From: Tubulanus polymorphus
Taxonomy: Eukaryota > Animalia > Nemertea
Direction of reading: 5' to 3'
DNA length: 64,000 nt
Assembly: GCF_964204645.1 (NCBI RefSeq)
Contig: NC_134027.1
Coordinates: 13,300,485-13,364,484, forward strand
In this document: in pieces, positions 26,466 through 38,301 of the stretch
How positions within the stretch are numbered: the stretch's first letter is position 1
Layout: every line of letters begins with the position of its first letter
The notes under the pieces: model-generated
Seen by the model: the letters and a program-made list of their open reading frames with translations, nothing else
What the model was told of the DNA's origin: nothing
Database searches by the model: none
Program-made: the position numbers and the translations under genes

Positions 26466-27450
26466 TTAATACATAACACTATTAAATTGAGAATTAACAA
26501 TATTTAATTGCGCGTCAGATATAATATAAATGTGCATTTTGAAATTTAAGCTTCCTTTTTTCTTTGCCATGAATAATTGTATTCCATCTTAAGTGTTCTG
26601 TAATTTTTTCCCAGAACCATGTAATAAGTTATCCTCTGTTGTTCTAAAATCTAACCATAATGCGTATTTATTACCGGTATAATAATCAATTTGATTAATA
26701 TTACAATCTTCAGATGGTTTCATTTTTTCAAATGTTTTCTAATTTCTGGCCCCTGATCAATCATTCTCATTCCTTGACAGAATATCTTATTAGCTATGCC
26801 TTCAATTGTTATTTCTACTTTTGTTATTTCAGGATTATAATACTTATCAACCCGTATTGCACCATTTATATCCCATATCTTTAACAACGCTAGATAATAC
26901 AATTTCATTAACAGGAGCAAATGTTATTTCAAATATAATATCTTCTTGAATTGCATATTTATATAAAGGTGCATTATTATTTATCAATTCAAAATCTAAT
27001 GGAATTTTATATTTACTACCATAAATCTTTTTTATCAAATTATCTGCGGTACGAGTTACTATTGTGTCATTAGCTCCTGATCTTAATTTATTATGGTTTT
27101 CTGATTGGATGCCTTGAAATATCATATTATTTCTATTTTCTTTTGTTAACCATAAATCTTTATAATGCATTAATAAATTATAATCATCTAATGAAAAAAC
27201 TGTTTCTGGTCCAATCTTTATGGTTAATTTTTTAATCAAATATCTTCAAACATTATCAACAACATGATTATTATCATGGCCAGTTACTTTTATATCGGCT
27301 GATAAATAAATACTATTTGGAACATAAAATCGTATTTTATGTTAATCGAGGGATTCTCATATATTAAGTTTCATCGGGATTAATATTAGAAGGATTATGA
27401 GTAATTATATGATGAGATCTCTCTGCTTGAATAGCATTCGATATAAAACC
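26466..27450 (-). pseudogene. Polinton/adintovirus-like major capsid protein remnant with an internal deletion
   Basis: HNPSNINP, LIKKLTIKIG..VFSLDDY..YKDLW, KYKIPLDFE, FEITFA, YNPEITKVEITIEG, KYALWLDFRTTEDNLLHGSG, SDAQLNI..SVMY*. These resemble motifs of the capsid family in invertebrate Polinton-like elements (recognised from memory). Confidence 0.75.
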
Positions 27451-27572
27451 AACAATCGATGCAATAACTCCAGGTAAAACTGCAGCAGATTTTTTAGATA
27501 GTTCCCATAAATATTTTTCATTCTTTTTAACTAATACTAATGATGATTCAACTCCAATTATTTTGTTTTAAG

Positions 27573-28966
27573 ATTATGCTAAGAAAAGCAATTCAGATGA
27601 AATCATGGCTCGACTGGAGGAACTGAAGAAAAAATGACTCAATAAGGTATAGGAATAAAGCCTGCCTAGAAAAATGTGCATCTAAAGGTTTTAAGTGAAG
27701 AGTATTTATCCAGAGAAAGTCGCTTTATATATATTTTCATTATTATGCACTGTCTTTTAGGACACGAAGGCCGGAACTGTCTGTAAAGCAAAGAAATTAA
27801 AAACAACCACCTCTTCTGATTCTGGGACAAAGAAGGTAGAGTTGGGGTGGAAGACTTTCGATCCATCAAAAAAAAACCTTATAAACAGAAAAGAGTGTTG
27901 GTGGAGCACGAAGCTGGGCATTTGGAAAAGCATCTACTTCAGATGTTATTTTAGCAAGATGTATTCAGCTGTACGATATTGAATCATCGATGTTTCAGTG
28001 CAATCTAGCTACTCCATCTGTAGGATACTGGATGATACATTTAGACTCGGAGAGTATATCGAAAAAGAAGGTCTCACTAATGCCCCATGCCGCTTAATTC
28101 TTTATACGCGTGAACAAAGGTGAGCAAATGGATTGAGTTTTTGTATATATTGATAAATTTGTATTGTCCAAATTTGAGCTTGATTTATACTTTCTTAAGA
28201 TATAAACATGCGGCTTTTAAGATGTTTCATTTTCATTTTTTCATGACAACCCATTTTAATCAAGCACAGCGGAGCTATATCAGCTGATAGACTGCGGGTA
28301 TATTTTTTCTCTCCACCATCTTGAAATGTGAAGACCATCAGTCAATTTAGAAAAAAAGCTATATCATTTGTTTTGTAGTAAAAAACCAGATCATTTGTAT
28401 TTTTAGTAAAAAACCAGATGATGAAGAACCAGATGTTCAAATAGCTGATCATGATGAAAACGTTGGTGAACAAAGCAATACAGAAATAAAAGAGCGGAAC
28501 AAGATATGACATGTACCTACATCAGTGTAGATATCGATGATGTAACTTATTATTTGCAGAATGAGAAAGACAAGGAAACAGAGCCTGTATATGTTGAAAA
28601 CGACGTAAAAACATTTGAAAATTATGATAAAAATAAATATGTCCCCGTGTATAGTGAAGTGTCCCATGTTCACTATTTTCTTCAAAATCATGCGAAAAAC
28701 AGTGCCGAAAAAAGTTAGCCCATGGGAAGAGTTTGTACTGCTTACCCATCAGGAGCTGCATGAATTGAACACCTTTAAATTAGGATTAGACATACGTACC
28801 CAACATTGTTCTGGTTACACCACCTTTAATATACTGTACATTTACTCTGCAGTTAATTAACTTGTATGACGATGTCACTATCCTTTGCGAGAAAGTCTGG
28901 AAGCTAAAGCCCTCTGCCAAGCAACGATATGATGAATGGGTGGCAGATCAGAAGTCGAAATTGTAG
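27573..28966 (+). pseudogene. Spliced, decayed accessory gene convergent with the IS3EU-like transposase
   Basis: Exon-like blocks with AG/GT signals encode ARLEELKKK, TKKVELGWKTFD..YKQKR..GGARS and LGEYIEKEGL..RLILYT, resembling the partner gene found beside this transposase family. Frameshifted. Confidence 0.5.
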
Positions 28967-29679
28967 TTCATGTATAAGTGTTTATATCTATGCAGATATT
29001 GATATGTATGCATTTAACGTAAATGTACATGCTATGGTATAGGTCTCAATGGGCCAGTATTAACACAGGGGATTACAATGATTATAATATAATTTTTTAA
29101 GATGATACACAGTATTGCAATTTTCTTAGTTTTGTTTTTATGTTGCGTGTTATTCGAAAGTGATTAATAATAGATTTATACTAGTAAAAGCTTGTAATAG
29201 TTAAATTTACTTTCAGTCCACTTATTAATCTCTCGAGAATTTTGTAGAGAATTTATTTTCAAGAATAAAAGACATGTCGATGTCTCAGTATTTTTAATAA
29301 ATCCCGTATAGGTCGGATCTTTTCAGAACAAGGGTTTTTCTTCGGAAACAACTGTTACATTGTAAATATGGTAAAAATGGTCACGATACAGCTTCAATGT
29401 AGTAGTAGAATCCTGTGGAAGAGTTAACTTCCTGTCATTTAATACAACCAAAACGGTAACGGTATGTGATTCATTATATTATTTTGAAAAATTGTGTACA
29501 ATTTTAACGCATGTAGTCATCCCAAATGGGGTTTTATTTTTTTGTGATAGAAAATAAAGTAAACGAACTGTTCAATCGTTTTGTTTCTTCGTAAAATGGG
29601 TAAAACAATAAATCACAAAATATTTTGAAGAAATTTGCAATGAAGTTCAAGTGCTACAGAGCAGTAAGTTGGTAATGCC

Positions 29680-32252
29680 CAATCACTTAATAGACATATC
29701 TCAAGGTATAAAACGGCTATATCGTCCGAACAGCCATATGTATTTAATGGTGGTCCAGCAATAGCAAAACACTAATCGAATATCTCCCTGTCCAGTGGAA
29801 ACTTATAGTCAATTGTATCGTATAGCACAGGCATTTTGTAGATCACACCGGGTATGCCAGCTGGACAACCCATATGCCTAGTTTCCCTAATCTTGTGGTT
29901 ATTCCAAATGTTTACGACGTCATTAGCCTCTTTTCTTAGTAATTCTGTAAAACAAAACCGAAACAGGGTGCCCTGTATTTCATCTGCAGGATCATACAAC
30001 TGAACTTCCACCAAATCTTGAAACAAGAAAATTAATTTTAGAAAATTATTTGACGCCTGGGAAAAAATGTAGAATTTCTGGGCTAAGCTAATGTGGAATT
30101 GCAAATTTGAAATCGAAGTTTTAAGAAATTTGGGGAATGATGAGATTTGGCGATTGGGTAGATAATACAGGTCTTCGACTCTAGTAGTGGTTTAAATTTT
30201 TTTATTGAAAATTCTCAATAATTGATCGCGAACTTGCGACCGACTTCATTTACTTATGCCTCTAAGCTGGTCTGCAACTTCATTGCCTCCATGGATGAAG
30301 AAAGAGCTCTTCTGATGTCTGCTTCATTATGACTTCGAGCATATCGTGTGGCCTAGCCAGCCGGCCCGGTCCCCGGGCCCGGGCCACGCGTTTGGCTGTC
30401 ACTCGATTTCCTAGAGTCTTGAGTCTGGGTGGGTTGAAGTAGACATTGTCATTTAAAATAACATGCTTATGTTGTTCTGTATGAATTACCCGTGTGTCAT
30501 GTATGTTGTATTAATTTATTTTAAAATTTGTATTTATTGAATTTGGGAATTTTATCCCGGAATTTCAATGTAATAAGGATCAATAAAGAATTGAATTGAA
30601 TTGTCACCTAATACACATGCCATCAGAGGACACGGAGCCGTATATGACAGCTATGCTATTATAAATTGCTAATCTCACGAAACTTGCATACTCCTAATAT
30701 CAAACATATTTTCACAAACGATTGAATATTGAAATTATGTGTTTACACATTTTCATATTAACCGCTTGTAGCCGCTGATGAAATTTACGCCGGCCCTACA
30801 CACATCGTAGATAGCTTCGTCATTCCACCGGCATGCCCACGTCAGGGTCTGACTTTTATATCAGACTTCCGCATCGTGTATACATCCGCCATTTAACCGA
30901 ATAATCCGATTTACTTATCATTTCTATTTATGCCTGCCGCTTCTGATATAATCATACATCCTTTACTATTACAATACGTCTTCTAATGATATTCAATGCA
31001 ATATAACATTTCGACGTTCAAATATAGGTCATTATATAATCACAGGAAGCCATTCTACATCTATGTCAATAATATTTTGCCAGATAGCTTGTTTGTGTAC
31101 ACATAAACCTGTGACGTTTTGCACATCGATTTACGGCTGTCGTTTGTAAAATGACGCTGAATGGTTAGCATTGTTTAGGTTTCATAATGGTAACGTTTTA
31201 TAAGGCGTCAAAAAATCCTTGCCAATATTCCGTAAAATGTTTATATAGGAAACACCGCCACGATTCTATTTTCTGATTATGCGGCGATTTACCAACAATA
31301 TATGGCTTGGCTGACACTGCATCGTCATGACCCAAACGCAGCAATGAGTGCAGCATATTATTTTCAGTGCCTGGGTTACATCGCACTAACTTCGGAACGC
31401 CATTGATTGCATTAACAAAGTTAAGATATGACAGGGCGACGGTTCCACTATCTCTGTTCGAATTACCGAGTGTGAGCCATAACACTCGTCGGGTAAATCC
31501 ATCTATGCATCCATGTATGCAAAAACCATAAAACCGTAGTTTATCGTATTGGTCCACGTGAATAACGTAATGGGGACGCCACATCATTTTAATTCCCATC
31601 AAACGAGCGCAGCCCTCCAATTCTTGACTTACAGCACTGATAATGTCGTTAAGTGGAGCTTCTGGACCTCGACGCCTAAGATGCATTGCTTTCAATCGCC
31701 TCTGAACCTGGCGAACGCTAAAAATCATGTAACAAAACATTAGGCATTTTTCTAATTACTCGAAGCACGTATTTTATAAAGAAGTGGAGGGCGGAGAGTG
31801 AAAAAAAGGAAAATAAGAATTTCTTTCTTCGTGGCGTTTTATGGAAGGGATCAGGAAAAAATACAAATAAAATTATTTTAATACTGGAGCATTTTCCACA
31901 TAAAACCTGGGGAGGACAGCAGAAAAAAATAAAGCAGAGTGAAAATTCTGATTAATTTAATTCAAATGATGGGAGAAATGGAAAAAAACTGTTTTTTTTT
32001 GCAAATCAATAGATTGAAAATTAAGATGAACATAACTTTTACAAGTTACAGACTAGATTGAAAATCAAGACGGACATCAAAAAATAATTCTCTTTTTCAT
32101 TGAAAAATTGTGGTGAAAACACGAAGGCCTTTATGCTTAATACTGAATACTTACGACGTCAACTTCCCTTGAAGTGATAGTTTGCATGTTGTTTCAGATG
32201 CGTTTAAGCCCTGCCGAAAAGCCTCCTCAATATTTGCATCAACTATAATCAT
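29680..32252 (-). pseudogene. IS3EU-like (integrase-core DDE) transposase pseudogene; two exons, interrupted by an insertion
   Basis: Exon 1 32252-32155 (MIIVDANIEEAFRQG) is phase-compatible with exon 2 from 31717. Motifs HVDQYDKL.FYGFCIHGCIDGFTRRVLWL, RCNPGTEN, GKSPHNQKIESW, WNNHKIR, GIPGVIY. Reading YWQGFF|QDLVE resumes across the 30021-31212 insertion. Confidence 0.8.
30021..31212 (-). mobile_element. Helentron-associated (HINE-like) element inserted into the IS3EU transposase
   Basis: On the minus strand it begins tttgacgcct and ends ggcgtcaaa + hairpin aattttctaaaatt + cttgtt. Inserted in a T-run with no TSD; removal restores GGA TTT TTT CAA. Confidence 0.7.
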
Positions 32253-33037
32253 TTCTCATTGTTAAGGAGCTGGCGCGACTAGGGGACAACGGGTGAACTA
32301 GGCGTGGACAGATATGCCATCTAAATGACCCATGCTAACTTCTATTTAACAAACAAAAACCACAGATACAGTAAACCTTGCGTAAGTCGGATCTATTGGG
32401 ACCAAGAAAAATCCCCCGACTTTTGAATGAGTCGGATTTCCGGCCTTTAGTCCGAAAACTATGACTCGAGAATTACGAAAACTGAATCAACAAGAAATGC
32501 TTTAAAACTCTATTCGGGTTTATTTTTCTTTTCTAATACACTTATCGGAACTAAAACAACAATTGTTGATGTAGGCCTATATATCGTTTATTTCAAGCCA
32601 GGGAAGAAATCAAACTGCAATAGGAAAAAGATAGCCCTCCGACTTTCGGTGATTGATTTTTCATTTTGGGACCAAGAAAAGGCCACTACGAGATAAACGA
32701 GTTACCGACTTTTTGAATATAAATTTCTTCGAAAAAGAAAAGAAAAATAGAGGCGCAGCTGCCCCAATGTAAATTCAAATTATAAAAGGACCGACCTTCA
32801 CTTCACAGGCGCAACTCGTAAAAAGTCGCACATTGTAATTCCGTGGTTTTTACTAAAAGTTTTAGCCTTTCACAAAATGTCAGATTAGGCTAAATAGTCT
32901 TTCTACATTTCATTAATAACTTGAATTGTATTATTGTAGTCCTAAGAAAAGGATACATTCCATTTTTCCCAGGAGTATCGGTAGCCGTTTTAAACGTGCA
33001 TTTTTACCGCTGTGTTTCTTTTCAAATTATGTAGTAA

Positions 33038-33128
33038 AGTCGTAAAACGTAAGACGTAAATCGTAAGTACTAAGTCATAAATCGTAAGTAGTAAATCGTA
33101 AGTCGTATGGCGGTCCAGGAATTCCGTA
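33038..33128 (-). mobile_element. Probable terminus of the IS3EU-like element
   Basis: Array of cgtaa(g/a) repeats ending ...ggaattccgta (TACGG on minus), the TAY-type end expected for this superfamily, upstream of transposase exon 1. The matching end was not found. Confidence 0.5.
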
Positions 33129-34039
33129 CTCCAGCGATGCACACTATGATCTTTAGAACCTGTCTCTGCTGACTGGGAATAAGATATTTCTATAAGGTCT
33201 GAGAATAAGCGACATTCAATGCTAGTGTTTAAGGCCCGTAAACACGAGTTCTCAGAGCGAAGGGGGCGGGTGCAGCATCACGTGGTCCCGCTCCGCGAAT
33301 AAGCGTGAGCGCACCGCTCGCTAGATTTTCAAAGAAATGAGTGCACGCGTACGGCCGTGACCACTTGTTAGTGACGGCATCAAGAAGGATGGCCCCGAGA
33401 ATCCCCAAATCACAGGTTACTGTGAACAAATGGGATTCAGATATGCGGTCCTTGGTTTCACATCGTCACTGTTCTCAATTGTTGCGTTCAAAAATTCCAA
33501 GAAACGCCAGCAAATATCTGCATTTCATTTCCTTTAAAATGGTGTATAAATTAATTTCATCGAGCAAGGGACTGCAGAACTATATGATATTCAATCTAAA
33601 CTTATGTTTTAAAAATGAGCGCAAATTATCGTTACAATGGGGGCCTCGAGGGACCGCCACAAAATGGCGCCTAGAAACTGGAAACTTCTTTATTGATTTC
33701 AATCGTCCCTTCAAATAATTCTATGAACATTATTTCGGAAAATGCAGGTGGCGCACAATCATAATACATACAACTCATCAAGCTGACGAGTCGTTTCCGT
33801 AACCAATGTTACAGACGGGTAACCGATCTACTCGACTCCACAGACAACTCAACGACCCGAGTAACCCCTAGTTTGACTATAACTATAAATTATGTTATGT
33901 TAAACCGTATTGGTGTGACTTGACACATCAAATGCGTTTCCCGCATTGATATATTTCTATTATCCACTTTTCAAATTATGAATAGCACGCCTGCTCAGAA
34001 AACCCGTTATCGCTGCTTTGCAGCTATATTTGTATATTT

Positions 34040-35539
34040 CTTTTCTATCTTGATCAGTTAATTCTTTATTCAACGATTCAAAATCCCCATAAATTACAAA
34101 TGGCACTATATTTCAATTTATAATCTTTTTTCGTTGGCATTATCAATTATCAAAAATCTGTATTATCACATAATTCTTTATGTTTTAATAATGCATTCTC
34201 GCTCATAAATTTAGATAAACATTTTCTACATAGATATATTTTACGATGGTGATCACTTTCTGTTCTAAAGAATAAATCTATTTGTTTTAACCAAATAAGA
34301 TGTTCATTTTCATCTTTTTTGTAATATAACAAATCTATAACATTTTCATCATCATAATATTCTGTTAAATATAAAGCTTCTAATGTATAATCTTTAATAT
34401 TTTCACCTTTTGTCTCTAGTAATTGCATTAATTCGAATACATTTATTTCTAAATTATTAACTTTTTCTATTTTAGGGATCATCTTTATAGTTACTGGATA
34501 TTGATCAATTTTATATAATGTTTCATATTTCCGATAATCTGTTATTCTACAAACATTTTCCTTGGTTGGGTGTAAACAACTAATAATTGGCCGTAGAAAA
34601 CATTTATTATCTTCATTTTGAACATTCATTACTGCTTTTGTTGTAAATGGTAATTCAATATGAGATGATGCTTTAATGTCCTTTTCTATTGTAAAGTTTG
34701 AATCATTTGTAAACATTTTATTACTTTTAGATGCTTTATTCCTTTTTGTATTATAAATATTTAAATCTAAAGATATAACTTCATTCAATGATAAGCCAGA
34801 ACCCTCAAAATATCTTTCTTCAATATGACGTTTAAATTCATTAAATATTTTATCTAATTTCTCTTTTATTTGTGTTTTTGAAATTATTTCTTCAGAATGT
34901 CTTTGAATTCTATACTCCATTTTTACTTCTGATTTTATAAAACTTACTTTTCCAGAAATACAAATTTTTGGTTATTCAACATCTGTTACAAAGTCCATCA
35001 TTTTTTCAATTATTTCAATATATTTGCTATAATCTTCTATTGTTGATCCTTTTAAAAATCTAAAAATCTAAATATAATAGCTGCCGGTCCAATTCTACTA
35101 CGTAATGATTCTAAAATTTCAATTATTTCTAGAGTATTAATATAATTTCTAACATTTTCCATGTAAGGTTTATTTGAAATAGATTTAGTTATTGAAGCTG
35201 GTTTTTTTACTAGTTGAGGTTTATCATCAAAATATTTGTTATTCTGTTCCTAAAAATTTTTTATTTAAATTTTGTGTTTTTGTGATTCGAGATGTCTTTT
35301 ATAATTCCTTTTTACTATAAATTCATTACAAACTTCACATTTTATTTCGTCTTTTTTCATATCATTTATTTGAATTTGAATTTTCTGGTGTTTCAAAATC
35401 CATGACATTTTTTTTTTGATTTGCAGTTTTTTCATGTCGTGCTTTATGAGATTTATCAATGTATTTTTTGCAATGTGTACAATAATATTGATTTTCATTA
35501 ACATCATTTTTTTTCTGTTTGGTGTTCACTGTCCCCCAT
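34040..35539 (-). pseudogene. polB: Polinton-like copy A: N-terminal part of protein-primed DNA polymerase B, truncated after Exo I
   Basis: N-terminal zinc fingers (YYCTHC, CEVC..RHLESQKH), ASSHIELP..KAVMNVQNEDNKCF, LEINVF, YLCRKCL..KHKELC, then PFVIYGDFES near 34075-34110. Paralog at 56190-57023. Confidence 0.85.
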
Positions 35540-35887
35540 TTATCAGGGGAAAAAATTACTTGTGGTGATGAGTGCTGTGACGCCCTCTCGCCCTCTGATC
35601 TGAAACCCACATTTTCCATGTTTTACTCATATACGTATAACTTATGTCATCGTCTACAAATGAATCACCAAAACCATAGAAAGATAATTTTTCAAACGTA
35701 AACCCGCGAACTATCATTTTTATTTCTCGCTCAATATATTTTGTACAAATATCATTACAATCTAGAACGAGGCTCCGGCCGCATCAGCACGATAATTTAT
35801 TTCAAAAACACACTTTAAGATCGCCTAAACCAAGAAGTGATACTTTTACAAAATCTTCATATTTGGAGTCTTAAAAATAAAAACCTG

Positions 35888-36029
35888 GGGCCAGTTGCAC
35901 AGTCATGAATGACTTAAGTCCAAAAGTGGTCTTAAATCTTAAGGCTGGTCATAAGTTGTTAGATTAGCTATAGAGCTAAGTTGGTCTTAGACTGGTCTTA
36001 AGTCTAAGCCGTGACTATGCAACTGGCCC
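35888..36029. mobile_element. PIF/Harbinger-type MITE (142 bp)
   Basis: TIRs gggccagttgcaYagtca and tgactatgcaactggccc; 3-bp TSD CTG at 35885-35887 and 36030-36032. Confidence 0.85.
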
Positions 36030-36590
36030 CTGGACGCAAGTGGCCTATAATAGAATCAGAATCGACACTATCGACGTGGTCGTTTGTGTAATTAACCGAA
36101 CGCCTGTTTTACTAGTTTTTTACACCTACATATATATCCTGACTTCGACACTTTAGGTAGGTTCTGTTTTAGAATGTACAGGGATGACTGTCTATCAAAA
36201 TTTGCATAGAACTGTCTGAACATTGTTATTTTGTATCACCACATACACATAGTTTACCGTTTCTGGTGTTTGGACTGTAAACTCAGACTCACTGCCGCGA
36301 TAGCTGGAAAGCTGCCTCCGTTTTCGGCTTCAGGATAGCAAGCTCAGCTATTTGCACGTAAAACTACCAAAAACCCAAATATAACTATCGATTAACTGGG
36401 GTCGCCGCCTTGATAATTCACTGATGGCCTCTCATGGCGCATAAGAACTGTCGGATAATTATCAGAGCAGTATGCGCTTTGATCAAGACTGTAAATAAAA
36501 CCGATCAAGACTGTACATGTGTATCATTGTATCAATCTAACTCGCGTGCCTGTGCCGCTCTCTCACTGGCAGTCTTTCAATGCGCTCAAG

Positions 36591-36646
36591 GTGTGTGTGT
36601 GTGTGTGTGCGTGTGCGTGTGCGTGTGCGTGTGCGTGTGCGTGTGT
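36591..36646. repeat. (GT)n/(GTGCGT)n microsatellite
   Basis: Read directly from the sequence. Confidence 0.95.
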
Positions 36647-38301
36647 GGACAGTAACTGGGACCAGGTCCTGTCTTATTCGTAATTCTGAATCTCTGCGGT
36701 AGATGTCGCAACCTCTGCGTTAGAGTGTGAGTCCAGTTTATTAAGTTTTAGTTTTGAATGCTTTTTATTATCGTTTATATAATCATTTCTAAATACTGTG
36801 TTCCTTCCCTATACCATAGAAATGTTTGGAGCCTAACAAATATTCGTATTCGTAGGTCACGATCATCATCCGTTTCACCATCGGTTTGAATCGTGTTTAA
36901 ACGACAGTTTCAGCGTGATAGAATAAAATCGATTCGCAAAAATGTCTAAACCTGACAGAGAATTGAATTGATCAAAGGAAGAATGTCTTGCTCTACTTGG
37001 AATCAAGAGAAAATCTGCATCTAGGCCCAGTTTAGCAGATGGCGAAATCTTGTGGGCCCGGTGTCAAGCGATTTTATCAACGCGTGTCAGAATGCCGTGT
37101 GAACGCTCGCCAGAATTTGGTCCGGACCGGTGTAACTAGTTGTCGTGTGAACACAAAACTGCCCCCGTGTACAACTTTTTCCTTAAGGCAAACTCAGCAC
37201 CAGATGCGTTGGACCAACTGTACCTGTTGACGAAGATGCCAATCCTCACCGGAGCTGCACCGTCGATGTCATATAACAACACTTCGGATACCAGGACCGT
37301 ACTCATTTCCGATTTCAAAATCAAACCAACAGTTTCGTTCCCGGCAGGTGTGGTGGGTTTGTAAGGGACACCAAATCAAAAAATCAAACGAAATCAATCA
37401 AACAAATAAATAACATGGTCAATCCTTATTTTAAGATTAATGACGATTGCACATACCACGAGGATGACACGCCACTTCGTCTAAGTGGCGTTTCATCCTC
37501 GTTCATCTCAGCTGGTTGTTTGGGGAATGCCATCGGTATTCCGTAAACAACCAATCGGAGAGCATCTTTTCTGTAATGACGTTAGAAGCACGATTATGTA
37601 AGGACCTATACCGTTGAAGAGCAGTGATTGGCCGAGGGAGCTACAGGGGGCATGGTACAAACCACTCCTTGAACATTTTTGTGAAATTCGATATAAAGTG
37701 GCGATTCTACCGATAAAAATTGACTTAAGAAAATCTGCTCCCATATAATCAAGCCTCGTATTCGTAATTTCGTGAAAAATTCATCAGTCAGTTGTAGCTT
37801 TCGGTTTATACAGTGTATATTTAATCAGATTCTCCAGATTTTATTGAAAGTAGATATCATTATCATAGATGTGTAAAATGTTGAAGATGATGAAAATGAT
37901 GTGAGATCATGATTTTTGTGATTTATTGATAGAATATGAAATAAAACTTGAGTATTACTTAAAAATTAATGAGAAAATACTGATACTGCCAAATAGTGAA
38001 AGCTCTATTGGAGAGTAGGTTGAAACGTGATGAAAGCCGACCAGGGTCGGAGTATCGAAGCGTTGGAATTTAGACTATGCCCTTTTCGGTCTTAGCATTC
38101 CTTTGTCAGTGATACGTACTAGACTTATATGAGCTAACTTGTTAATATGCTTGACCCATTCACTGTGTTTGTTGTATGTACAATCTATTATATATTTCTT
38201 ATCAACACGGATATGCAGCGATAACAGGGCCTTCTGAAGTTTATTGGACACGTGTGTATACGTTTTTAGTAGCTTTAAAAAGAATACTGCTATAAGAAAC
38301 G

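Noticed and set aside
27468-27473. ctccag as the left 6-bp TSD of the IS3EU-like element (same hexamer follows 33128)
   Set aside because: It is not followed by a TAYGG terminus and also reads as a splice donor context; a chance match is likely.
32367-32715. Tigger/pogo-like MITE starting TA-CAGTAAACC
   Set aside because: Only one end is visible, with no matching TIR or TSD.
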